A DNA stretch of 64,000 nt from Prevotella sp. UBA6994 (lineage in GTDB: Bacteria > Bacteroidota > Bacteroidia > Bacteroidales > Bacteroidaceae): assembly GCA_002449845.1 (NCBI GenBank), contig DJXW01000019.1, forward strand, positions 21,174-85,173, read 5' to 3'. Positions 1-8,845 of the stretch are shown here, one piece after another (the stretch's first letter is position 1; every line of letters starts with the position of its first letter). A model generated the notes under the pieces. That model did not search any database, was not told the origin of the DNA, and was given only the letters and a program-made list of their open reading frames with translations. The position numbers were made by a program, and so were the translations under genes.

Positions 1-702
1 CTCGTAGGTGAAGGAGAGGGTGGAGGAGAGATGTGGCAATGCCACATCAAACAGAACCGTAGAAGGAGTATTGGATGAGGCATCTTGTGAGGGAGAACCA
101 AGGATAAGCACATGGTCGAGGAGCTGCTCCACATCGTGTACTTGGTGGGTGGATATGAGGATGGTTCGCTCGTCGGTCATGTTTGTGGCAATGGCTTTTC
201 TGAATTGTTTCTTCGATGGGATGTCAAGACCGTTGGTCGGTTCGTCCATCAAGAGATACTTGGTACCACATGCCAAGGCAAATGCCATGAGCAGTTTCTT
301 CTTTTGTCCCATAGAGAGTCGGTCGATGTGTATGTCTGAGGGAAGTTGAAATATATCCAAGCATTGTTGAAGCACCTCGTTGGAGAAGTTGGGATAGAAA
401 GGAGAGTACGTTTTTGTATATTCCGAGAGTGTCATGCTGGGTAGTTCAAATACCTCAGGAATAAGATATAGTTCTTGGAGGGTGTCAGAACTACGCTTGC
501 ATACGTCTGTTCCTTCCACCTCAACTTGACCCTGTTGTGATTTCAGCAATCCCATCGTTATATATAATAAGGTGGTCTTGCCCGAACCATTGGGACCTAA
601 CAAACCATAAGTCTTTCCAGGATGAATGGAAAGGCTGAGATGATTAAAAATATCATCTCCATGTTTGGTGTAACTAAATGTAATGTCTTGAATATTAATC
701 AT
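1..702 (-). CDS. ABC transporter ATP-binding protein (C-terminus runs off the window start)
   Basis: Own translation of the minus strand from ATG at 700-702: MINIQDITFSY...LLGPNGSGKTTLL (Walker A), LSMGQKKKL (ABC signature), LLMDEPTNGLD (Walker B). Absent from the ORF track because it is open at the window edge. Confidence 0.9.
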   Translation of the reverse strand, partial: MINIQDITFSYTKHGDDIFNHLSLSIHPGKTYGLLGPNGSGKTTLLYITMGLLKSQQGQVEVEGTDVCKRSSDTLQELYLIPEVFELPSMTLSEYTKTYSPFYPNFSNEVLQQCLDIFQLPSDIHIDRLSMGQKKKLLMAFALACGTKYLLMDEPTNGLDIPSKKQFRKAIATNMTDERTILISTHQVHDVEQLLDHVLILGSPSQDASSNTPSTVLFDVALPHLSSTLSFTYE

Positions 703-866
703 ATCGTATAAAATTTAGTGTCTTAGTTACTTAGAACACTGCAAATGTAATTATTGTTTGTCAATCAACCAAAAATCGCCTGTTTATTTATACAATATTA
801 ACACTGTCAATCTATCCTGTAACTTCTCAGTTCACCCCCAAGATCGATGATAACTGGGTGGTTGCA

Positions 867-908
867 CGAAAAATGCCCCTGCCAGACTCTCACGAGCCGT
901 GACAGGGG
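867..908 (-). terminator. Putative rho-independent terminator after the STN barrel gene
   Basis: Minus strand: CCCCTG..CAGGGG stem (876-881 / 903-908) followed by CATTTTT, about 100 nt downstream of the stop at 1012. Confidence 0.4.
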
Positions 909-1011
909 TGATGCATCGCTTTTATCTAACTAATTATATACTCATTTGACTCGAAATGTAGGGACGAGGTACGCAGCATCCTTTTTGTTACGTATCGCTG
1001 TCAAGGTTAGG

Positions 1012-4000
1012 TTAGTGTTTGCCCTGACGAGTCCAGTGGAATACCAAATGCAGCATGACGTAATGGGGTAGCGATCGATAGCACGTCACGGTGCGTCCCA
1101 TGGCGTTGATCACGTACTGAGTGTCCGACAGCTGGTGCAACAGGTCGAACGCTTCGAGACGGGCTATGAGCTTGCCATTGAGGAACGGTTGACTCAGCGA
1201 GGCATTGACAATGAAGTCGTTGGTGTTGAGTTCTGTGCTGCCGTAGCGGCGGCCATACATCGTGGCATCTGCAGCCAGCGTCAGGCCACCGATTTTCGTA
1301 CCCCAAAGGGCAGGTGTAGTGTAGGTGGCTTCTAGGCCGTAGTGATAGTCGAGGGCACGGAGCGTGGTGAAATCATACATCTTGCCATCGCTGTGGCGCC
1401 AGTTGATGTAGCCCACGGCGCGGATGTTCAATGTCTTCCGGTGAAAGCGGATGTTGCCGCCGCTGTTCAACGAGAGGGTGTTCACGGTGTTCACCTGACT
1501 CGCCGCCATACCTGCCAGCATGGCGTGGTCCTTGGCATGATTCCAGTCGATGCCCGCATCGGCGTGCCACGTCCAGTAGCGCTTCGTGCCGATGCTATGG
1601 TCGGTGCTGAAATTGGCGTGGGCGTCGTAGGCACCGCTGACGTTCATGGGCTTAAAGGTGCTGACGCCCGTGGCGGGGTCGTAGGCCAGCGACTGTGCGA
1701 TGTCACGATGATGATAGCTGAACGAGGTTGAGGCGTGGTACATGCCACCAGCCACTTCCTTGCCATCGTAGTAGCTAATGCTTAGGTTCGTCTGTGCAGA
1801 GGGCTTTAGGTCGGGGTTGCCCAACTTCACCACGAGCGGACGGCTGTCGTCGCGATAGCTGATGCGATTCAGTATTTCGGCTGCTGTCTGGCGGTAGCTG
1901 ATGCGGACCTGCAGGTCGCGACGTGAGTCTTTCCACACGTTGCGATAGCGGAAGGAAGGATTGGGGAAGATGGCCGTCTGACGCGCCAGTGTGTCGAGGC
2001 TGCCACGCCGGTAGCGCAGTCTGTAGAAGTGCATGGGCACTTGCAGCTCTAAGCGCCAGCGATCGTAGTTCACTTTCATGTGAGCTATGCTATGGGTATA
2101 ATGACCCGTTTTGTTCAGGCTGAACGTCATGTCGTTCTGCTGGGTCGTGGCACAGCTCTCATAAGAGTTGGCTGGGTCCAGGGTGGCTGCGATGGCATCG
2201 ATCTCAGAAGGAAGGAGCGGGTCGGCAGGTTCAACTTCCCCCGTGGGACCGACCGTGGAGGCTGGGTGGTAGAGGTTGTCGCGGCTGTGGATGCGCAGAT
2301 AGGCCATGAGGTCGGAGATGCCGAAGTGCAGGTTGTGCCCCAGTTCCTTGCCGAAGCCCAGACTGAGGAGGGCTGCAGCATTGCGTGAGTACAGGCTGTT
2401 GGCATTGCGTGTCTCCACATCCGCCGGAGCCGTTGTTACCTTGTTACTTTGATACTTTGTTACTTTGTCACCTTGGTACCCTGTTACTTTGTTACCTTGG
2501 TACTTTGTTACTTTGAAAACTTCTCCTTGTTCGCCTTCGTCGTTGCTGAGGTCCAAATGGGTGTAGAAGTCGAGGTGCTGGTTGCGCCGCCCTACCCTGA
2601 CGCTGCCCTGGGCATCGAGGCTGGCTGCCCACTTGGTGCCACGGCTGATGCCTACGGTGCGCTGAGCGATGCTGAGCGTGTCGGTGGTTTCCTGAAAGGC
2701 CGAATGCGTGGCACCGTTGCGGCGTGTGTGGTTGAAATCGGCTTCGATGTTCATGTAGGTCGGCAACTTCAGCGTCAGACTGTTATGCAGCGACCAGCGG
2801 CGGTTGCCCATCTTGCTGAACGACTCGGTGAAAGCCGTTGGCGTAAGGGTGCCCACAAACCGCTCCTGGTGCTGGTTCATGGTCTGTGCGTCGGTGGTAG
2901 AGGTGTACTCGCCGCGCAGCGTCTCCTTCAGTTTGTCGCCTTCAGAGTGGTAGCTGAGTTCCGAAGCCGCACTGCGCGTGGTGATGATGGAGCGAGGCAT
3001 ACGCGCCGGACTCCATTGCCCCGTCTGACCGGCATGCCGCGTCTCGTTCACGTTGTTTGCATTGGCAAGCACGGTGAGCCGCAGCTTGTCGGTGAAGCCC
3101 AGCAAGAAGCCGCGCCCCAGATAAGCCCTCTCGGAAGGAGCCCCCTCCCTACTGGGGAGGGTCGGGGTGGGGCTCGCCGCTGCTTCCACGTTGGCAATGT
3201 AGCCTTGGCTATATTCGTCCTTCAGATTTACATCCATCACGTAGCGGCGCGGCTCTACATCGTAGCCCAAGGCTTCGCTCTTGTCGGTCTGCTTCTCGTA
3301 TACCTTCAGGTTTTTCACGGTGTAGTAAGGCAGGTTCTCCATCAGCACCTTCTTGTTTCCGCCGAAGAACGAGCGCGAGCCCAGCAGCAGCTCGTCGACC
3401 TTGCGCCCGTTGACGAAGATCTCGCCCTGGTCGTTCAGCGTCACGCCGGGCAGCTGGCGGATGAGGTCGTCGAGCATGGAACCCTCGGGCAGCTGGAAGG
3501 CCGTGGCATCGTAGACGAGGGTGTCGCCGCGATAGTAGAACTTCACGCGGGTGGCCGTCACTACCACTTCGTCGAGGTTCAGGTTACGCGTCTTGCGCAT
3601 CTGCAGCGTTCCCAGGTCGATGTCTTCGGTTGCCTGCCGACCTATCGACACCCGTTTCCACACGTCGTCATAGCCTTTGAGCTGAGCACGGACGAGATAG
3701 TCGCGCCCGGTCCTGACCTTGGTTCCGAAGTGGGCCTTGGTGATGCGGTTATCGCCGTTGAGGAAATAGATGATCTGCAGCGAGTCGGCAATGACGACCG
3801 AGTCGGCTGTGAGCACCGACACCTTCGCCTTAGTGAGGGGGCGCTTCAGGAAGCTGTCCTCCACATCGCCTGAGAGGTCGACAGTCTGCACCTTCGGCAC
3901 TTGCCGCTTCTTCATCTGCACGGCGATGTGGCGACCGCGCACCTTCACCTTCACGGGCAGCCCACGGCAGAGGCGCTTCACGGCATCGGGAGCCGAAAGC

Positions 4001-4194
4001 CCAGTGACCTTGGCCGTGGTGTGCAACCGGTCGAGCCCGTCGGAGAGAATGTCGATGGTGTATTCCGGCTGGCTGCGGCCGATGGTCTGCAGGGCGTCGA
4101 GCAACGGCACCTCGCGAAAGGTCTGTGCCACAGCGCTGCCGAGCGGGAGCAGCGACACGGCGAGCAGGAGGAGGAGGATTCTTGGTTGCTTCAT
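1012..4194 (-). CDS. Outer-membrane beta-barrel protein with N-terminal STN-like signalling domain, carboxypeptidase-regulatory-like domain and plug-like region (TonB-dependent-transducer-like), copy 2
   Basis: The track ORF 1012..4578 is trimmed to the ATG at 4192-4194 (MKQPRILLLLLAVSLLPLGSAVAQ signal peptide). This ATG overlaps the upstream stop as ATGA. Motifs: STN-like LLDALQTIGRSQPEYTIDILSDGL...GLPVKVKVRGRHIAV, and plug-like VKFYYRGDTLVYDATAFQLPEGSMLDDLIRQLPGVTL. It is a paralog of 4191..7394. Confidence 0.85.
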   Translation of the reverse strand: MKQPRILLLLLAVSLLPLGSAVAQTFREVPLLDALQTIGRSQPEYTIDILSDGLDRLHTTAKVTGLSAPDAVKRLCRGLPVKVKVRGRHIAVQMKKRQVPKVQTVDLSGDVEDSFLKRPLTKAKVSVLTADSVVIADSLQIIYFLNGDNRITKAHFGTKVRTGRDYLVRAQLKGYDDVWKRVSIGRQATEDIDLGTLQMRKTRNLNLDEVVVTATRVKFYYRGDTLVYDATAFQLPEGSMLDDLIRQLPGVTLNDQGEIFVNGRKVDELLLGSRSFFGGNKKVLMENLPYYTVKNLKVYEKQTDKSEALGYDVEPRRYVMDVNLKDEYSQGYIANVEAAASPTPTLPSREGAPSERAYLGRGFLLGFTDKLRLTVLANANNVNETRHAGQTGQWSPARMPRSIITTRSAASELSYHSEGDKLKETLRGEYTSTTDAQTMNQHQERFVGTLTPTAFTESFSKMGNRRWSLHNSLTLKLPTYMNIEADFNHTRRNGATHSAFQETTDTLSIAQRTVGISRGTKWAASLDAQGSVRVGRRNQHLDFYTHLDLSNDEGEQGEVFKVTKYQGNKVTGYQGDKVTKYQSNKVTTAPADVETRNANSLYSRNAAALLSLGFGKELGHNLHFGISDLMAYLRIHSRDNLYHPASTVGPTGEVEPADPLLPSEIDAIAATLDPANSYESCATTQQNDMTFSLNKTGHYTHSIAHMKVNYDRWRLELQVPMHFYRLRYRRGSLDTLARQTAIFPNPSFRYRNVWKDSRRDLQVRISYRQTAAEILNRISYRDDSRPLVVKLGNPDLKPSAQTNLSISYYDGKEVAGGMYHASTSFSYHHRDIAQSLAYDPATGVSTFKPMNVSGAYDAHANFSTDHSIGTKRYWTWHADAGIDWNHAKDHAMLAGMAASQVNTVNTLSLNSGGNIRFHRKTLNIRAVGYINWRHSDGKMYDFTTLRALDYHYGLEATYTTPALWGTKIGGLTLAADATMYGRRYGSTELNTNDFIVNASLSQPFLNGKLIARLEAFDLLHQLSDTQYVINAMGRTVTCYRSLPHYVMLHLVFHWTRQGKH
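2431..2514 (-). repeat. In-frame 24-bp tandem repeat (about 3.5 copies) inside the barrel gene
   Basis: Minus strand reads aaagtaacaaagtaccaaggtaac / aaagtaacagggtaccaaggtgac / aaagtaacaaagtatcaaagtaac / aaggtaacaacg, giving KVTKYQGN KVTGYQGD KVTKYQSN KVTT. Confidence 0.9.
3138..3175. repeat. GC-rich hairpin mini-element (CCCTCCC..GGGAGGG, GAGCCCC..GGGGCTC) inserted in frame
   Basis: CCCTCCC 3143-3149 pairs with GGGAGGG 3155-3161, and GAGCCCC 3138-3144 pairs with GGGGCTC 3169-3175. It encodes ...SPTPTLPSREGAPSE..., a segment absent at the aligned position of the paralog (which has GGGTGD there). Confidence 0.75.
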
Positions 4195-7100
4195 TGCTTC
4201 TTCGGTTGTTTGTTCAGTCGGAACACCACGTGCAGCAGGGCGTAGCGGGGCATGACGTTGGTCCAGGTCTCGGTGCGTCCCTGGGCGTTGAGGGTTCGTG
4301 TGACGTTGCTGAGTTGGCCGAGCAGGTCGAAGCCATCGAACACGACGAGGAGTCGGCCCTTGAGGAAGGGGCGAGAGAGGCGTGCGTTCCACACCAGGTC
4401 GTTGGTGTTCAGCGCCTCGTCGGCATAGCCCGTGCGTGAGTAGAGGGTGAGGTCGGTCGAGAGGTCGAGCTTCCACGGCAGCTTCAGGATGGCGGCAAGT
4501 GAGGTGCGGCAGGTGAAGGCGCTGAAGTCCTGGAAGTCCGGTCGGTCGCTGCTGAGGCGTTCCCACACGGGTTGGCAAACGAGGTCGAAGTGGTGCTTGC
4601 CGATGTCGGCCTTGAACGAAGGCAACATCGAGATGGCGAGGCGTTTGACTTTAGAACGCTGCGGACCAGTCGACATCGCTGCATCACTGGCCGTCGTACC
4701 CACGAGGTCGACGCTCTGGCTGTGGGTGACGTGGAAGGGGAGGTCGAGATTCAGCTTCTTGGCCGAGTCGAGGGCGCAGTGGAAGGTGTAGCCGGCATCG
4801 GTGGTGTAGTTGCCGTTGACGTTCTCCGGCCGGTAGGTGCGTGCACCCGTCCGGACGTCGTAGGTGCAGCCCATCGCAATGGCATTGAAGGTGCGCATTT
4901 GGTGCCATTCCATGTAGTGATAGCCTCGCTTGAACCTATAGACGCCATTTACGCCGAAGTCGGGCGTGACAGACGGATGCAGACGGGTGTTACCCAGCCG
5001 GATGTTCATCGGGTCGGTGTCGTCGCGCAGGTCGATGCGTTGCTCCAGTGCGGGCAGCGCCTGACGAATGCCCATGGTCATTCCTATCTGGCCGTTCTTG
5101 AGGTCGAGGAAGGTGTTGTCGTCGAGGGTGATGCTGACGGCTGTGCGGCAGAGCGTGGTGTCGATGCTGCCGCGCTGGTAGTCGAGGTGCTGTTGGTGGA
5201 GGGTGATGTTGCCGTTGAGCAGCGTCCATATCTGGCCGTACCGGGCCTTGTTGAACTTATAGCCGAGGTTGATGTCGAGCCTGTGGCTGTTCTCGCGCAT
5301 GCGACTGTCGAAAGTGTTGGTGCTGTCCATCACCTGCTGGTAGTCGGTCACGGAGGGCTGTTCGTCGATGGCTGCAGACGAGCCTACCCCCTGCCCCTCC
5401 CCAAGGGAGGGGTGAAGGCGGTCGAGCAGGTAGAGCGACGAGCGGCGGTGGCGCCAGTTGTGGGTGAAGTAGTAGGTGGCGTGGATGGAGCGCCAGCCCT
5501 CGCCCAGCGGGATGTTGTAGCCTGCGGTGGCTTGGATGGTGCCGTTGCGGTCGGGGTGGTTGTCGGTGAAGTGGTGGAAGGAGGTGGAGGGGTGCTGTGA
5601 TACAGCACCATACTCGACCGACTGGCGGTTGAAGAGGTGCTCGTCGCGGTCGCTGTAGCTGACGGTGGCACCGAGGCGCAGGTTCTCGTTGGAGTGCGGA
5701 ATCTTCACCGTTGCTCCGGTGTTGAACGTGCCCTCCAGGGCATGTCCACGGCCGAGACCCTGCCGCAGAATGCGGTTGACGAGCGTGTCGCGCAGGTTGA
5801 CGCGTGAGGCCGTGGGACTGAACAGCTCGTCGAGCAACCGTCGGCTGACGTCGGCTACGGGCGCGTTGAAGGTGGCTGAGGCAAAGTCAGAGTTGTGATT
5901 GAAGTGGTGGTATTGCAGGTTGGGACTGATGTGCCAGCGCACGCTCTTGTGGTTGCGGTAGAAGTCATGATAGGAACTCAGCCGCAGGTCCTCGTTGCGG
6001 CTGTTGCTGAAGCTATGGTCGTAGAGATCGCCCGATGGCAGGTAGTTTTGGCGCACGGTGCGCGTCTCGCCTTCCGTCCGCTGGTGGTTGACCGAGGCAT
6101 CGCCGCGATACTCCCACCGCTTGTTGCGGTCGCTGACCCAGAAGCTGAGGTCGGCCCGCTCCGTGCGGCGCAGGGCATTGCCAGCCCGCTGCCAGTTGTC
6201 GCTCTCACCTGGTTGGCTGTCGTCGTCCAGGTTGTTGGCGTTGGCAACGATGGCCAGTCGCGAGAAGTCGCTGTGGCGCATAGCGAAAAGGCGGGCAAGG
6301 TAGCGGTCGCCAGTGCCGCCTCCCACTTCGGCATTGGCTATCCAGCCTATCATGTATTCTTTCTTCAGTCGCACGTCGATGACGTGGCGCTGGGTCTGTA
6401 GGTCCTTGATGCCGAGCCATTCGTTCTCGTCGGTCTGCTTGTCGTAGATGGCTATGTCCTTCACGGTGTAGGCAGGCAGGTTTTCGAGCATGAGCTTACG
6501 GTCCTTACTGAAGAACTGCTTGCCGTTGAGCAGCAGGTCGTCCACGAACTTGCCCTCGTGGTAGATGCGGCCGTCGCGCTTCAGCTCCACGCCCGGCAGC
6601 TGACTGATGAGGGCGTCGAGCATGGAGCCTTCGGCCAGAATGAAGGCATCGGCATTATAGATAATGGTGTCGCCCTTGTAGTAGAACTTCACACGGGAGG
6701 CCGTAACCGGCACTTCGGGCAGCATGGTCGAGACGGGAGCCAGATAGAGCGGAGGCAGCGACCGCTCGTGCTCGCGACGGCCTACGCGCTCCAGCTTGTA
6801 GTCGACGTAGGCCGTGCGGTGGCCCACGAAGCTGATGCGGAAGATGTACTTGGCGGGCAGGGCGGGCACCGTGAAACTGAATTCGCTGGTCTCCCACTCG
6901 TATACCTTCCCATCTTCACCACTGCCCCACCAGTGATGCTTGGCCACAACCTGCTGCAACACGGTGCTGTCGGCATCGAGCAGCTCGACGGTGGCACCGA
7001 TAAGCGGCTTGTGGGCGCGGATGTCCCGCACCTCACCGTTCAGCTTTAGTTTCCTGACCTCCCGCCGCTTGTCGTATTGCACGGTGATTCTCCGTCCGTT

Positions 7101-7394
7101 CACCTTCACTTTCACGGGCAATCCCTTACATAGACGCTTCACGGCTTCGGGAGCTGTAAGCCCTGTCACAGAGGCAGAAGTGGTCAGGTCTTGCAGCCCG
7201 TCCGATAAAATGTCGATGGTATAGGTCTTCTGCCCGTGACTGATGTTCTGTATGGCGTCGAGGAGGCTCACTTTCTGTTTTTTTCCTCCTTGTGGAAGGG
7301 ATGCTTTCGATTGCGCCCTCGTCAGCATGGGTGTGGCAGCTGGTAGGAGCGTAAGGAGTGAGACTATAATAATAAGGTGTATGATCTTTCTCAT
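4191..7394 (-). CDS. Outer-membrane beta-barrel protein with STN-like, carboxypeptidase-regulatory-like and plug-like domains, copy 1
   Basis: The track ORF 4191..7427 begins at a GTG. I prefer the ATG at 7392-7394 (MRKIIHLIIIVSLLTLLPAATPMLTRAQS). Motifs: STN-like LLDAIQNISHGQKTYTIDILSDGL...GLPVKVKVNGRRITV, CarbopepD_reg-like LNGEVRDIRAHKPLIGATVELLD, and plug-like VKFYYKGDTIIYNADAFILAEGSMLDALISQLPGVEL. Confidence 0.85.
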   Translation of the reverse strand: MRKIIHLIIIVSLLTLLPAATPMLTRAQSKASLPQGGKKQKVSLLDAIQNISHGQKTYTIDILSDGLQDLTTSASVTGLTAPEAVKRLCKGLPVKVKVNGRRITVQYDKRREVRKLKLNGEVRDIRAHKPLIGATVELLDADSTVLQQVVAKHHWWGSGEDGKVYEWETSEFSFTVPALPAKYIFRISFVGHRTAYVDYKLERVGRREHERSLPPLYLAPVSTMLPEVPVTASRVKFYYKGDTIIYNADAFILAEGSMLDALISQLPGVELKRDGRIYHEGKFVDDLLLNGKQFFSKDRKLMLENLPAYTVKDIAIYDKQTDENEWLGIKDLQTQRHVIDVRLKKEYMIGWIANAEVGGGTGDRYLARLFAMRHSDFSRLAIVANANNLDDDSQPGESDNWQRAGNALRRTERADLSFWVSDRNKRWEYRGDASVNHQRTEGETRTVRQNYLPSGDLYDHSFSNSRNEDLRLSSYHDFYRNHKSVRWHISPNLQYHHFNHNSDFASATFNAPVADVSRRLLDELFSPTASRVNLRDTLVNRILRQGLGRGHALEGTFNTGATVKIPHSNENLRLGATVSYSDRDEHLFNRQSVEYGAVSQHPSTSFHHFTDNHPDRNGTIQATAGYNIPLGEGWRSIHATYYFTHNWRHRRSSLYLLDRLHPSLGEGQGVGSSAAIDEQPSVTDYQQVMDSTNTFDSRMRENSHRLDINLGYKFNKARYGQIWTLLNGNITLHQQHLDYQRGSIDTTLCRTAVSITLDDNTFLDLKNGQIGMTMGIRQALPALEQRIDLRDDTDPMNIRLGNTRLHPSVTPDFGVNGVYRFKRGYHYMEWHQMRTFNAIAMGCTYDVRTGARTYRPENVNGNYTTDAGYTFHCALDSAKKLNLDLPFHVTHSQSVDLVGTTASDAAMSTGPQRSKVKRLAISMLPSFKADIGKHHFDLVCQPVWERLSSDRPDFQDFSAFTCRTSLAAILKLPWKLDLSTDLTLYSRTGYADEALNTNDLVWNARLSRPFLKGRLLVVFDGFDLLGQLSNVTRTLNAQGRTETWTNVMPRYALLHVVFRLNKQPKKQ
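5394..5412. repeat. GC hairpin CCCCTCCC-caa-GGGAGGGG inside the CDS, in frame
   Basis: Perfect 8-bp stem (5394-5401 / 5405-5412). It encodes part of HPSLGEGQGVGSS. Confidence 0.7.
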
Positions 7395-7423
7395 GACATC
7401 ATCAGTTGAAATATGGTTATCAC

Positions 7424-8014
7424 TCACCTCTCAGTGCTGTTTGCAGAGGGTTGCACCACGATGGTATCGCCCAGCAAACTCAAGCTCAACCCGTCGAAAG
7501 CATTCAGGCGCTCGAGGAAGTCGGCAAGCGGAGCATTGGGTTCCCATTTCATGATGAGTTTCAGACTACGGAGCGAATTGTCTCTGAAACTGACCGCCTT
7601 GCCGTAATGGACAGCAACTACGCCGAGGATGCTGTCGAGTGGCACATTGTCGAACGTCGTTGCCACTACTGTTGGCGAAGGAGCCACGTCGCTCTCGTGG
7701 ACGATGGTGTTGGCTGTAGGCGAGGAAACAGTGGTCTGTCGCGTTGCCCTCCATGCGGCAATAGCGATGCCTGTCAGAAAGAGCACACCCACGATGATGG
7801 CTGCTTTCCTGAAGATGGCTGTGGCAAACCATGTCTGCGAACGCCTGTTCGACATAAAAGAAGATGTAGAATTGGCGAATCGCTGCCACGCTGCTGTGGC
7901 ATCAAGGTCGCGGTCGAGTTCGTCCATCATGTCCTCCAACTGCTGGTCGGAATACTTCTCAGGGTGTTCCTGCATATCGAGAAACAGCCTCTTGTGGTCA
8001 TCATTAGGTATCAT
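7424..8014 (-). CDS. Anti-sigma factor (FecR-like, single TM, C-terminal DUF4974-like domain)
   Basis: TM segment AAIIVGVLFLTGIAIAAW. C-terminal FDNVPLDSILGVVAVHYGKAVSFRD...MKWEPNAPLADFLERLNAF. There is a 4-nt overlap with the sigma gene, and the gene lies directly upstream of the STN barrel genes. Confidence 0.8.
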   Translation of the reverse strand: MIPNDDHKRLFLDMQEHPEKYSDQQLEDMMDELDRDLDATAAWQRFANSTSSFMSNRRSQTWFATAIFRKAAIIVGVLFLTGIAIAAWRATRQTTVSSPTANTIVHESDVAPSPTVVATTFDNVPLDSILGVVAVHYGKAVSFRDNSLRSLKLIMKWEPNAPLADFLERLNAFDGLSLSLLGDTIVVQPSANSTER

Positions 8015-8529
8015 AGCATTTTCGGATTAAATTGTTTCTTGATTTCGTTGATTGCATGCGACAGATGTTTCCACACCGCTACGCGACTGATGCCTTCAGC
8101 CGAGGCTATCTCGCTGTAGCGGAGGCCGTGGGTGAAGCGCAGACTGAGGATACGTTGCTCCTGCTCCGACAGATGGCTTTCCGCAAACGCCATGATGTCG
8201 GTAATCAAATCGTCGTCGACATCATTATCAGCAGCAACTGTAAGATCGATGCCAGACAATCCAAGGGCTTGTCCGTTGTTGGCAACGCCTAACCACGGCT
8301 TACGCCTGAGCACCTTCAGACAGCGATTACGGACGCTTGTCAGCAGATAACGCTCACAAGCATCATCCTGCCAGTCGGCGGAGAGCGTAGTGTGGCCGCG
8401 CAGCAGGCTCTCGAAGATGTCGCTGATCACATCTTCACCAGCCTGCTCGTCGTAGAGTATCGTGCGAGCCACACGCTGCATCTTGCCGTAGTGCTGAAGG
8501 AACAGCTTCGCAAGTGTTTCTTGTTCCAT
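8011..8529 (-). CDS. ECF-type RNA polymerase sigma-70 factor
   Basis: 172 aa. Region 2-like DVISDIFESLL and region 4 HTH LSEQEQRILSLRFTHGLRYSEIASAEGISRVAVWKHLSHAINEIKK. Confidence 0.9.
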   Translation of the reverse strand: MEQETLAKLFLQHYGKMQRVARTILYDEQAGEDVISDIFESLLRGHTTLSADWQDDACERYLLTSVRNRCLKVLRRKPWLGVANNGQALGLSGIDLTVAADNDVDDDLITDIMAFAESHLSEQEQRILSLRFTHGLRYSEIASAEGISRVAVWKHLSHAINEIKKQFNPKML

Positions 8530-8845
8530 GTTCTTTTTTTGATAACTTTCTGCCTATATAACCCTACAGGTACCGAAAATGCTAACCCTTGCAAGGTTTT
8601 TTCTTTGCAAAAATATAAAAAAAGACAGATACTTTACAAACTTTAAACAATTCTTCGTATTTTATCCAAATACTCAGAATGTTATCATGGAATGATGAGT
8701 TGTCAGTTCCATTTGTGATTTTTCTGATTCGTTTTTTTCAAAAATAATCAATTATCCACTCAAAAATATTGTCCAATTCATTGATTCTTTATATTTTTGC
8801 AGAAAGAGAGACGAAGTTGGTCTTTTGTAAATATTAATAGAAAAG

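Noticed and set aside
8-349. 113-aa and 75-aa plus-strand ORFs at the window start.
   Set aside because: They are antisense to a well-supported ABC ATPase gene (Walker A, signature and Walker B read on the minus strand).
2449-3873. 474-aa plus-strand ORF, along with 1342..1731, 3770..4255, 4572..5600, 5895..6401 and 6558..7049.
   Set aside because: All are antisense to the two STN barrel genes. They are Ala/Gly/Val/Arg-rich with no motifs. Long antisense ORFs are expected in stop-poor, GC-rich sequence.
7406-8119. 237-aa plus-strand ORF across the sigma/anti-sigma genes.
   Set aside because: It is antisense to two genes with clear domain signatures and has no recognisable motif.
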